A DNA stretch of 60,630 nucleotides from an uncultured Pseudobutyrivibrio sp. (GCA_945946605.1 CAMEWP010000001.1:1-60630); one strand, 5' to 3'. Positions 23,233 to 32,489 are shown, numbered from the stretch's first letter. The notes: generated by a model from the sequence alone, not told the origin. Numbers and translations: made by a program.

Positions 23233-24753
23233 ATGTCAACAAAAAAGAAAACTGGCCTGTTAAATGCCAGTGAGCGTGATGGTGTACAGTATCGAAAAGC
23301 AAAAATATGGGAATTGATCATAGCAAATGCCCAGAGCGGGTGCACCATATCATTTTATCTGCTGTTAGGATTTGCCAGCATGATCGCAACCCAGGGATAT
23401 GGTATTGCAGTGGCCCTTGCAGGAACACTTCTTACCGTGTCCGGATTTTTTGACGGATTTACCGATGCCCTGTTTGCAGCGTTATTTGAAAAGTTTAATC
23501 CCAAAAAAGGAAAGATCCGAATCTTTATTTTTATCGGATGGGTATGCTCTGCACTGAGTGCTGTTGTACTTTACAGCTGGGCTTCCGGAAAGTTTACCGG
23601 TGTGGCAGGAGTGGTAGTATTTTTGATTGCCTATAACCTTTTTAGAATTGGATATACTATCAACGGAACCGGCGGCGGAACCATCGGAATTGTTATTACC
23701 AATGATCCGACACAAAGACCTATGAACAGTGTATTGGGAACCATGTATTCTTATCTGGTGCCCATCCTTTATACCAATGTGATCACTTTTGTGATCCTTC
23801 CGAAGTATAATAATCAGTACAACATCGAAATGTTTGGTGAGATGGTATGGTGGTTTGTCATTGGTTCCTTTGTTTTCTTTGTACTTACCTGTATTGGTAT
23901 CCGGAACGTGGATGTGGGAGAGACCTTTGAAACTATCAGCAAAGATGGAAAGAAAGATGAAAAAGTTACCTTTAAGGATATGTGGTCTGTTCTGAAAGAT
24001 AACCGGAATGTTCAGATGTATATGATAACAGGTATTTCTGACAGACTGGCACAGATGACAGGAACACAGTCCATCGTAATTACACTTTTGAACGGAGTAT
24101 TGATCGGCAGTTATGCAGCTACAACAATGGTAGGTAACTTTACACAGATTGTAGGAATCGTATTTGCCTTTGGAGGCGGTATCTTTATTGCAAAATGGGG
24201 TGCAAAGAAATCCACAGTTGTATGGTCCTGGATCAGTATTGCTATTTCTGCAGCCATGGTTGTTTACTGTTTCCTTCTGGGAGGACCGGTTGGAATGAAG
24301 AAACTGGGAGTTATGGGATTCCCCATTGTGCTCTGGGCAGTATTTAACCTGGCAAAGACAGGTGCTATGATGATCCTGACAACAACGGCAGGTTCCATGA
24401 AGGCGGACATTGTGGATTATGAATATGAGAGATCCGGAAGATATATGCCTGCGGTAGTATCCGGCGTTTACTCTTTCATCGATAAATTCATCTCATCCTT
24501 CGGTACCAGTATCGCAGCATTTGCCATTACTCTGGTAGGATACACTACCACCGTACCTCAGATGGGAGATGAAGCTACCTGGCCGAAATTCTGGATGTGT
24601 ATGTTCCTGGTATTCGGACTTCCCATTATTGGCTGGCTGTGTAATATAGTGGCTATGAAGTTCTATACATTGGATCGTGAAAGAATGGTGGAAGTTCAGA
24701 AGAACTTGAATGCAAGAAGAGAGGCAGCGAAAGATACTGCAGAAAATGAATAA
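23233..24753 (+). CDS. MFS (GPH/MelB-like) sugar:cation symporter
   Basis: Many TM helices, FFDGFTDA, ADIVDYE, YSFIDK. Confidence 0.85.
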   Translation: MSTKKKTGLLNASERDGVQYRKAKIWELIIANAQSGCTISFYLLLGFASMIATQGYGIAVALAGTLLTVSGFFDGFTDALFAALFEKFNPKKGKIRIFIFIGWVCSALSAVVLYSWASGKFTGVAGVVVFLIAYNLFRIGYTINGTGGGTIGIVITNDPTQRPMNSVLGTMYSYLVPILYTNVITFVILPKYNNQYNIEMFGEMVWWFVIGSFVFFVLTCIGIRNVDVGETFETISKDGKKDEKVTFKDMWSVLKDNRNVQMYMITGISDRLAQMTGTQSIVITLLNGVLIGSYAATTMVGNFTQIVGIVFAFGGGIFIAKWGAKKSTVVWSWISIAISAAMVVYCFLLGGPVGMKKLGVMGFPIVLWAVFNLAKTGAMMILTTTAGSMKADIVDYEYERSGRYMPAVVSGVYSFIDKFISSFGTSIAAFAITLVGYTTTVPQMGDEATWPKFWMCMFLVFGLPIIGWLCNIVAMKFYTLDRERMVEVQKNLNARREAAKDTAENE

Positions 24754-24774
24754 ATCATTATTATTACATAATGG

Positions 24775-24811
24775 AAGGCTGCACTGGAACTTGAGCCAGG
24801 CAGCCTTTTTT
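24775..24811 (+). terminator. Terminator-like hairpin after MFS gene
   Basis: AAGGCTGC...GCAGCCTT followed by T run. Confidence 0.55.
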
Positions 24812-24851
24812 AGTAGAATATAAACAAAATCATTTAAAAAGAAGGTGTAGT

Positions 24852-27341
24852 ATGAAAAAAGGGGATTTTAACAGAGATTGGACTTTTGTTAACAAAACAA
24901 CAAAAGAAAAAAGGAAGATAAACCTGCCGTATGATGCTATGATTCACGAAAAAAGGCAGCCGGACTGTAAAAACGGAAAAAATACAGGATATTTTCCCGG
25001 TGGTACCTATCTTTACAGCAAGAAATTTGACGCCCCATGGGAATGGGATGGCAAATACATTGTGCTGGAATTCGAGGGAGTTTACCAGAATGCCACTGTC
25101 TTTTTGAACGGTGAGAAACTGACATTCCATCCCTATGGATATACCGGATTTTCTGTAGATCTTACAGAAAAGCTGAAGTATGGGGAAGAAAATGAAATCT
25201 GTGTAGAAGCAGACAACAAAGGGGAACCCTGCAGCCGCTGGTATTGCGGCAGCGGGATTTACCGCCCCGTCTGGCTTTATGTGGGAGAGAAAGAACACAT
25301 AGAAGTGGACGGCATCCGTATTCGGACCATCCAGGCGGAGCCTGCCAAAATCCATCTGGATGTGGTATGTACCACAGAAGAGGTGGTTGCGGAAATCTTT
25401 GACACAAAAAGCGGCACAGAAAAAAAGGTTGCAGAGGGAAAAGGAACTTCCTGCGAGATTCTGATTCCGGATGCGGATCTCTGGTCCTGTGAGACTCCGA
25501 ACCTTTACCTTTGCCGGGTAAGTGTTTATAAAGATGGTGTGATGAAGGATACCATGGATCAGATGTTTGGTATCTGCAAGATCACCTGGGGTACGAGGGG
25601 ATTATTTATCAATGGGCATGAAACGAAACTCAGAGGTGCCTGCATACATCATGATAACGGTGTGCTGGGAGCCTGTGAATATCCTGCAGCAGCAGAACGT
25701 CGGGTTAAAATCTTAAAAGAGGCGGGATACAATGCAGTCCGTATGGCACATCATCCCATGTCAAAAGCAATGCTGAACGCCTGTGACAAATATGGTCTTT
25801 ATGTGATGGATGAGTTCAGCGATATGTGGTATGAGCATAAAACCCGTTATGACTATGCATCCTACTTTATGGAATGGCATCAGGCAGATCTGACCTACAT
25901 GGTACAAAAAGATATCTGTCATCCCTCTGTGATCATGTATTCTATCGGAAACGAAGTGACGGAAACATCCCAGGCAACAGGAATCAAACTGACAGGCAGC
26001 ATGAGTCAGCTGGTTAGAGAACTGGATGATTCCAGACCGGTGACCTGTGGCATCAATATGTCCTTAAATGTGATGAATTTTGCAGGGATGGGTGTTTATC
26101 AGCCGGAGCCGGGGGAACCTGTGGTGGATAAAGGACCGAAGAATCAGAAGGCAATGGTATTTCTGAAGCAGGTAATGGCGGGAATGTCTTCTCATGGAAA
26201 AGACAATCCCATGGATACAGCCAGCGGTCAGGACGATGGTAAAAAAGACGGAAAACTGGTAGGAAGTGAATACTTTAACCAGATGATGATTCAGATGAAG
26301 GAAATGCAAAACCAGGTGGTAACGCAGGAAGTTGCCAAAGTCCTTTCGGAAGATGCCTATGAAAAACTGGATATTGCAGGGTATAATTATGCCACAGCCC
26401 GTTACGAGATGGATGCCAAAGATTATCCAAACCGTGTGTCGGTAGGATCTGAAACACTGCCCCAGAAAATATATACAAACTGGCAGAAAGTGAAAAAACT
26501 CCCCTATATTATTGGTGATTTTATGTGGACAGGATGGGATTACATTGGAGAAGCTGGCATAGGTGCCTTTGTTTATGACAGTGTAGGATCCAAAAACAAG
26601 GAATATCCATTTTTACTTGCAGGATGCGGTGTCATCGATATCCTTGGACATCCCCGGCCGGAAATATGGCTGAACAAGTCTGTGTTTGAACTGACCAAAA
26701 AACCTTATATCAGTGTGGAGCCGGTAACCCACTCCCATGAAAATCATTTGATCGGCGCATGGAGATTTTCTGACGGCGTTCATTCCTGGTCCTGGGAGGG
26801 ATGTGAAGGAAAAAAAGCAGAGATCATCGTATACTCTTCAGAAAAGGAAGTGGAGCTGTTCCAAAACGGAGCATCCCTTGGACGAAAGCCGGTATCAGAA
26901 TGTCAGGTGAAATTTGAGACAGTATATGAACAGGGAAGCCTTGTGGCAGTTTCTTATGATGCCAATGGCGTGGAAACAGGTCGTGACGAACTTCATACAG
27001 CGGAGGAAAGTGATCGTCTGACCCTTACGGCAGATAAGAGGAATCTTTCGGCAGATGGACAGGACCTGTGTTATATTGACATTGATCTGACGGATGATAA
27101 GGGAACCATAAAATCCGGAAAGGACTGCCGGATATCCCTTCAGGTGAAAGGCGTTGGAAGTCTGGCAGGACTGGGAAATGCAGCCCCCTGCACAGAGGAA
27201 GATTATGTCTCAGACAACACAGTAACTTATTACGGAAGAGCACAGGCGGCGATCCGTTCAGGTTATGAGAAGGGATGTATCCGTGTGACAGTTTCTGCGG
27301 AGGGCTATCGTGACCAGCAGATAGAAATTACGGTGGAATAG
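24852..27341 (+). CDS. Glycoside hydrolase family 2 (beta-galactosidase-like)
   Basis: LEFEGVY, GACIHHDNG, HPSVIMYSIGNE (acid/base), VGSET (nucleophile), WTGWDYIGE. Confidence 0.92.
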   Translation: MKKGDFNRDWTFVNKTTKEKRKINLPYDAMIHEKRQPDCKNGKNTGYFPGGTYLYSKKFDAPWEWDGKYIVLEFEGVYQNATVFLNGEKLTFHPYGYTGFSVDLTEKLKYGEENEICVEADNKGEPCSRWYCGSGIYRPVWLYVGEKEHIEVDGIRIRTIQAEPAKIHLDVVCTTEEVVAEIFDTKSGTEKKVAEGKGTSCEILIPDADLWSCETPNLYLCRVSVYKDGVMKDTMDQMFGICKITWGTRGLFINGHETKLRGACIHHDNGVLGACEYPAAAERRVKILKEAGYNAVRMAHHPMSKAMLNACDKYGLYVMDEFSDMWYEHKTRYDYASYFMEWHQADLTYMVQKDICHPSVIMYSIGNEVTETSQATGIKLTGSMSQLVRELDDSRPVTCGINMSLNVMNFAGMGVYQPEPGEPVVDKGPKNQKAMVFLKQVMAGMSSHGKDNPMDTASGQDDGKKDGKLVGSEYFNQMMIQMKEMQNQVVTQEVAKVLSEDAYEKLDIAGYNYATARYEMDAKDYPNRVSVGSETLPQKIYTNWQKVKKLPYIIGDFMWTGWDYIGEAGIGAFVYDSVGSKNKEYPFLLAGCGVIDILGHPRPEIWLNKSVFELTKKPYISVEPVTHSHENHLIGAWRFSDGVHSWSWEGCEGKKAEIIVYSSEKEVELFQNGASLGRKPVSECQVKFETVYEQGSLVAVSYDANGVETGRDELHTAEESDRLTLTADKRNLSADGQDLCYIDIDLTDDKGTIKSGKDCRISLQVKGVGSLAGLGNAAPCTEEDYVSDNTVTYYGRAQAAIRSGYEKGCIRVTVSAEGYRDQQIEITVE

Positions 27342-27392
27342 CCTGATATTTTGCAGTTGGATAGATGGTGTTGTAACATTTTAAAAAAATGA

Positions 27393-27421
27393 TTGACAAG
27401 ATACATTAAATTCGGTAGAAT
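27393..27421 (+). promoter_or_regulatory. tRNA-Ser promoter
   Basis: TTGACA-17 bp-TAGAAT. Confidence 0.85.
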
Positions 27422-27462
27422 AAACAATGCGTTGTTAATAATATCATATTATTCGACCAAGT

Positions 27463-27550
27463 GGAGAAGTACTCAAGTGGCCGAAGAGGTGCCCCTGCTA
27501 AGGGTATAGGTCGGGTGACCGGCGCGAGGGTTCAAATCCCTCCTTCTCCG
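27463..27550 (+). tRNA. tRNA-Ser(GCU)
   Basis: GGAGAAG/CTTCTCC acceptor, CT-GCT-AA loop, long variable arm, GGTTCAAATCC T arm; CCA not encoded. Confidence 0.97.
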
Positions 27551-27552
27551 TG

Positions 27553-27584
27553 AGAGCAAGACAGATGTCTTGCTCTTTTATTTT
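27553..27584 (+). terminator. Intrinsic terminator after tRNA-Ser
   Basis: AGAGCAAGAC-AGAT-GTCTTGCTCT then TTTATTTT. Confidence 0.85.
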
Positions 27585-27620
27585 GCCTATATCCTTATGT
27601 CACACAAAAAGATAAATGTT

Positions 27621-27673
27621 AAAAGAAAAACCCGGAAAACTCTCCCCTCACAGGGAAAGCCTTCCGGGTTTTC
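27621..27673 (-). terminator. Terminator-like hairpin after the P-loop gene
   Basis: AAAACCCGGAA...TTCCGGGTTTT inverted repeat with T-tract on minus strand. Confidence 0.55.
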
Positions 27674-27733
27674 ATGATAAATACATGATCTTATGTAGTC
27701 TGTTATGTAATATAAGATATCAGACGGTATTTT

Positions 27734-28153
27734 TTATAAAATCTTGCAGTTTGCACCATCAAGATCAGGAAGATCTTCTTTGTTTGCACCTACACTGATA
27801 TAAAATTCGATATCTGCTGCAGAGGAAATATCATTTAACTTCTGAACAAAAACGGAAAGATTATCCATTGTGATATTCGCCTGTTTTAAAACACTGTCAA
27901 TGAGAACTGTCTCAATGTCGTTATTTCCCGCTGCCATTCCGTACAGGAAACCTGCCAGCTCTTCCAATGTAGCGATGTCTCTGTAGTCATCCATGCAGAC
28001 TGTACGCACATTAAAGTCAACAGTGATGGTGTCGCGGTGACTGGTCTTGATCAGCACCACATTGCCGTTTGAGGATTTTACCTTCTCGTTAGCCAGCGCG
28101 ATAAGCTGCTGTGTCTTACCGGATCCCTTGGGTCCCACAATTAAATTAACCAT
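27734..28153 (-). CDS. Small conserved P-loop protein of unknown function
   Basis: 139 aa, N-terminal Walker A GPKGSGKT, Walker-B-like VLID; AAGGAG SD. Confidence 0.75.
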   Translation of the reverse strand: MVNLIVGPKGSGKTQQLIALANEKVKSSNGNVVLIKTSHRDTITVDFNVRTVCMDDYRDIATLEELAGFLYGMAAGNNDIETVLIDSVLKQANITMDNLSVFVQKLNDISSAADIEFYISVGANKEDLPDLDGANCKIL

Positions 28154-28277
28154 AGCAAATTCTCCTTTACCTTCGTATTGTTTTGAGTTATGTAAATTTG
28201 CCCCTAATACTTATATCTCTATTATGTACGAAAATGTCTCAGTGTACAACTAAAAAAAAGAAAAATCTGAAAATTTT

Positions 28278-28781
28278 TTAATATCGTTTGATGGCATCAT
28301 CTTTGTCATCGGTGCTGTTGTCGATGCAGCGGATCTCTACCTCATAAGAGTAGGAATCATTTACCTTAACGGTAACGGTATCTCCCACCTTATGGCCCCG
28401 AATAGCAGAACCAAGAGGTGATTCGATACTGATGAGCCCTTTCTGGGAATTGCTGCGGATGGAGGTTACCAGTTTGTAGGTTTCTTCCACGTCATCTTCC
28501 GGAATATAAATGGTAACGGTATTGTTGATGCCCACTTCATCATCCTTTGAATCATCAGAAACAATGGTGGCATTTTTTACCATGCGCTCCAGGTAGCGGA
28601 TCCGGCTCTCATTCTGGTTTTTATCTCTCTTGGCAGCATAATATTCAAAGTTTTCACTGAGATCGCCCTGGGCTCTGGCTTCCTTTACGGCCTCGATGGC
28701 TTCTTTACGGACAACCAGCTTACGGTGTTCGATCTCCTTCTCAATCTTTTCCACATCAGATTTTGTTAAACGTTCTCCCAT
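28278..28781 (-). CDS. greA: Transcription elongation factor, GreA family
   Basis: ARAQGDLSENFEY with both acidic residues, ISIESPLGSAI; start ATG 28781 behind AGAGG SD (167 aa). Confidence 0.93.
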   Translation of the reverse strand: MGERLTKSDVEKIEKEIEHRKLVVRKEAIEAVKEARAQGDLSENFEYYAAKRDKNQNESRIRYLERMVKNATIVSDDSKDDEVGINNTVTIYIPEDDVEETYKLVTSIRSNSQKGLISIESPLGSAIRGHKVGDTVTVKVNDSYSYEVEIRCIDNSTDDKDDAIKRY

Positions 28782-29431
28782 CTTGTCATTTCCTCTTTCT
28801 TTTTTTATATATAGGACCGGGTGGCTGTGGGAATGTTTGTAAAAGTTCTTTCTGTCTCGTACATACGCATCCCTTTCAGTTATTTCCCTTTTTGGATCGC
28901 TGGCTGTCATTGGATATTTCCCGTCCTGCCACTGCAGGATGATGATAAACGATGTCCGTCCAATGTTTGACATTTGTCCTGGCAGGTGTTCGCCCGGTAA
29001 ATACAACAATTTGGCCAATTTCTGCGCTGCCTTACGGGTGCACGAATGAGGCGGCCGATGTTTGTCAAAGCACCGACCCATTGGTCGGTGACGCTTGACA
29101 AACAAGGACAATATCTACCGAAAGAGTGCACCCTTAGACAGCCCTGAAATTGATGCCATGTTGTATATTACCGGACGGACACCGCCAGGCAAAAGTCAAA
29201 GCAGTGTCCGGACATCGCAGCATTCCTGCAGTGGCAGAGACTGGGAAATATGGCCAATTCCAGCCAATGCTTTTCCAAAAAGAAAAACAACTGTAAAGGG
29301 ATGGATGTACCCTGACACCAAAAGAGTTTACAAACATTCCCACAGCCACCTGCCAAGTATAACACAAAGAGAGGAAAATGACGAGATGGGGGGAATGTTT
29401 TACAAGTCTTGTGAAAAAGATTAGAGGGAGA
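28733..29431. repeat. ~700-nt imperfect inverted repeat (giant hairpin) covering the greA leader, RBS and first codons
   Basis: Apex CACCGACC-CATT-GGTCGGTG (29071-29090); nested stems include 28926-28939/29224-29237 (14 bp) and 28820-28843/29327-29350 (24 bp perfect). Confidence 0.95.
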
Positions 29432-31268
29432 GAGGGGAGACACCTGTGATGCCGGAAAGATCCATCTCGGTTCCGATAAAGTATCCGTCGATCTCATAGT
29501 AGTTTAAGTGTGTTGCTTCGGAAGAAGGTATCTTCGAAGGCTTGTAAAATACATAGATGATATCCGGATAAGATGCACCGGCAGCTCTCTGCTGAAAATG
29601 TTTTTTTGTTTCCTGATCCGCTAAGGAGGTCATGTCCCGGCTCATGTATGTCACATTTAAGGACAGATCATAAGAGAGAGCGTATTCCCAGAAAGGACAG
29701 GGAAACTCCGGATTACACTGAATATACCAGCTGGTAGGATTGCAGAACATGATCCGGGTAGAATTTTCACCTAAAATTTCCCAGGCGGGGGAAACAAAGG
29801 GAAGCTGGGGATCATCGTATTCTGTGGTGTATGCTTCATGTTTAAATTCCAGTGCGGGCATCAGATCCACTGTCTGCAGAAGCAGGGCTCCGGAAAAGAG
29901 GACCACCAGGAATCTGTGGCCGGCAGCCTTCCCGGAAAGCAGCCGGATCAGCCCTATGAGGATCAGAGCCATGACCCCGTAATATACAGGCCAGATCAGG
30001 CGTCCGGTGGAGCGGAAAACGCTGAGCAGACGGTAAATAACGTCGGGATAATCAATCTCATAGATCACATGATCTCCCAGGGTAGCCCTTGGACTCAGAG
30101 CCAGAAACAAAAAGACCAGAAGGCAGAGAGAAACACTGATGATCCAGGAAACGGTTACACGCTGTATTGGCTGTATGGGGCGGTGCGACTTTTGCCGTAA
30201 GATGCTGCGGACCAAAGTGATGCAAAAAAGAATTGCAAGAACTGCAAGTACAGCAAGCAGCAGGATCATGCCTAATCCCAGATAGGAAAAACCTTCCTGC
30301 TGCCAGGGAGTCATATCCGAAAGAGCAGGCAGGAAAGAAGAATAATTCTGTGGGGAAAAGATAAAATTGATGTCTTTGATCTCCAGCAGATAGTTCCCGG
30401 GATTGAACCAGCCGTTCAAATTGTGGGAAAGATCCGTCAGACGCTCGGAGGAAGCGGATACATTTCCGTAAAAAAGACCCATGATCCAACCGAAAAAGCC
30501 CGTAAAGGCCAGGGGAACCAACAGATCTGCAGGAAGACGCTTCCACTCGCTGCGAACAATGTTTTTCTGCAGAAGAAAACAGAGATAGATCCCCAGTACC
30601 ATGGGGGTAAAATAGGCGTTGATCAAAAGGGAGATAACCGAAAGAATCGTCCAGTAACAGAGAATCTGCCGGTTACTTTTCGTTTCCCGCAGTCTGGTGT
30701 AATAGATCCAGAGGCAGAAGGCTGCAGGGATCAGAAAATGGGCGGAAAGGGCAGTGTGGTAAAAAGTGCGTTTCAGCATCACCGGAGAAAGAACGAAAAA
30801 TGCTGCACTGATGCTGTTTAAGAACAGGTTGTCAGTAAAAGCCCTGGTAAGCAGAGCGGAAAAACCGCCCATCAGCATATGACAGAGCAGTTCAAAAATA
30901 CCAAAATACTGGAAGGTTTCCGGCAGGATGGGAGAGAGCAGTTTGAAAATAAAAGCAAACAGCGGAATGGAGTCTGTATAGATCACGGAGACAGGGGAGG
31001 AAAAGATTCCTTCTGTCAAACCCAGCGGAAACTGCCAGGGGGTATTGCGATAGGAGATCCACCCCAGATAATGCTGGGTCAGATCCCAAAGATCTTCCGT
31101 GCGGGTGGAGTCAAGAAGCCAGGCATCATAGGTCACATCCAGAACCCGGATGCCGTAGATCATGATAAAAAGGATCCCGCCGATCAGACACCCTAACCAG
31201 AAGGTGTCGGAAACATGATGTTTATTGTGACGGTTTATTTTTTTTAAGGTTGAGATCATAGCGTTCAT
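29421..31268 (-). CDS. Multi-pass membrane protein, DUF6311-like, probable GT-C glycosyltransferase
   Basis: DLTQHYLGW, YTDSIPL, FQYFG, EGFSYLGLG, FRSTGR; many TMs plus C-terminal soluble domain. Confidence 0.65.
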   Translation of the reverse strand: MNAMISTLKKINRHNKHHVSDTFWLGCLIGGILFIMIYGIRVLDVTYDAWLLDSTRTEDLWDLTQHYLGWISYRNTPWQFPLGLTEGIFSSPVSVIYTDSIPLFAFIFKLLSPILPETFQYFGIFELLCHMLMGGFSALLTRAFTDNLFLNSISAAFFVLSPVMLKRTFYHTALSAHFLIPAAFCLWIYYTRLRETKSNRQILCYWTILSVISLLINAYFTPMVLGIYLCFLLQKNIVRSEWKRLPADLLVPLAFTGFFGWIMGLFYGNVSASSERLTDLSHNLNGWFNPGNYLLEIKDINFIFSPQNYSSFLPALSDMTPWQQEGFSYLGLGMILLLAVLAVLAILFCITLVRSILRQKSHRPIQPIQRVTVSWIISVSLCLLVFLFLALSPRATLGDHVIYEIDYPDVIYRLLSVFRSTGRLIWPVYYGVMALILIGLIRLLSGKAAGHRFLVVLFSGALLLQTVDLMPALEFKHEAYTTEYDDPQLPFVSPAWEILGENSTRIMFCNPTSWYIQCNPEFPCPFWEYALSYDLSLNVTYMSRDMTSLADQETKKHFQQRAAGASYPDIIYVFYKPSKIPSSEATHLNYYEIDGYFIGTEMDLSGITGVSPLSL

Positions 31269-31383
31269 ATCCTGTAAAATTCCTTCCGGGTAAATTTATA
31301 TGATATCTGATCTTTTAGATCGCTCAGCTGCCTGATACTTACTGGACAGTATATCAAAAACAGCGGAGAAAAGTCAAAGAAGG

Positions 31384-31412
31384 TTGCCACCCAACACCAC
31401 GGATGGTATACT
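31384..31412 (+). promoter_or_regulatory. Promoter of the + strand glycan genes (probably leaderless first gene)
   Basis: TTGCCA-17 bp-TATACT with TGn; ATG lies 7 nt after the -10. Confidence 0.65.
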
Positions 31413-31419
31413 GAAAAAC

Positions 31420-32481
31420 ATGAAAAGGAAGAATTATCCGGCAATCGATATTGCAAAATTTATTATGGCCATTCTGGTGGTGGCAATCCATGTAAGACCT
31501 TTTGGAGGGACTGTGGGCTTTCTGTTTGATGACTGTATCGCCCGCATTGCAGATCCTCTGTTTTTTGCCATCACTTCTTTTTTTATGTTTCAAAAAGCAT
31601 TTGGGGAGCAGTTATCCTGGAAATGTCTGGGAACATATATGAAACGCATCGGGCTGCTGTATGGCTGCTGGGTGCTGCTTCACAGTTATGTGATCTTAAA
31701 GAGGGCACTTTATCTCACCGGCGGCGGATGGGACATGATCCGTTATCTGCTGCAGCAGATCTTTCTCAGCGGTCCATACGGTGCATTGTGGTTTCTCACA
31801 GCCCTGCTTTTGGCGATACCACTGACGTTTGCCCTGACCAAATGGATAGGACCCAATCTGACATTGCTGGTTTCCTGTCCTTTTTACCTGTATCTTGTAT
31901 TAGAACTTGGTTACACCCATCTGGTGGAAGATGTGACCCTGCTGAATCAGACGGCGGATCTGGTGGGGAAAATATTTTTCTGGCAATGGAACGGACTGAC
32001 CTTTGGATTCTTTTTCTGCGCGCTGGGAATGTGGATAGCCTGGAGACGGCAGGGTGCAGCCAGCCATCAAATGCCGGATGGGATAAAACCGAAAAAAAGC
32101 ACCTGTTGGGGGCTGGTGATGAGCCTTGTGGGACTTGTGGCGGAGGCAGTGTGCATGAAACGGCTGGAACTTGGAACGGATTTTGCGGCCATGTTTTTTA
32201 TGATCCCCCTGACGGCCTTTCTTCTGGAATGGTTATTAGACCTTCCTCTTAGACAAAAGAAAAGTTATGTGATACTGAGAAATGCCAGTGTTCTGATCTT
32301 TACCATGCATTTTGGAATTATGGAACTGCTGCAGCAGCTGCTGAAACAGGTGGACTGGTATATGGAAAATACAACCATACAGTATGTAACGGTATTGGCA
32401 GTGACGCTGTTGCTGTCCGGAGTAATCCTTTATCTGTCTAAGCACTGTAAGGCATTCCACTGGATGAAGATATTGTATTAA
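31420..32481 (+). CDS. Acyltransferase family 3 (OafA-like) O-acyltransferase
   Basis: IDIAKFIMAILVVAIH, LWFL, IFTMH; ~10 TMs. Confidence 0.8.
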   Translation: MKRKNYPAIDIAKFIMAILVVAIHVRPFGGTVGFLFDDCIARIADPLFFAITSFFMFQKAFGEQLSWKCLGTYMKRIGLLYGCWVLLHSYVILKRALYLTGGGWDMIRYLLQQIFLSGPYGALWFLTALLLAIPLTFALTKWIGPNLTLLVSCPFYLYLVLELGYTHLVEDVTLLNQTADLVGKIFFWQWNGLTFGFFFCALGMWIAWRRQGAASHQMPDGIKPKKSTCWGLVMSLVGLVAEAVCMKRLELGTDFAAMFFMIPLTAFLLEWLLDLPLRQKKSYVILRNASVLIFTMHFGIMELLQQLLKQVDWYMENTTIQYVTVLAVTLLLSGVILYLSKHCKAFHWMKILY

Positions 32482-32489
32482 AGGATGAG

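Noticed and set aside
20733-27341. Sugar module as a mobile element
   Set aside because: It lies 5' of the tRNA and has no mobility genes or flanking repeats.
28782-29111. 277-aa GreA call from the ORF track
   Set aside because: GreA similarity and a good SD begin at ATG 28781; the extension is hairpin sequence and is kept only as a speculative finding.
28960-29125. TTGACA hexamers within the hairpin as promoters
   Set aside because: No plausible -10 at 16-18 bp for those checked (28967+, 29095+, 29068-).
29036-29133. Hammerhead or viroid-like reading of the hairpin apex (GAATGAG...CGAAA)
   Set aside because: No CUGAUGA core or three-way junction, and nothing suggests a circular RNA.
28733-29431. 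MITE or fold-back transposon explanation for the hairpin
   Set aside because: The arms include host greA RBS and codons; no target-site duplication or transposase seen.
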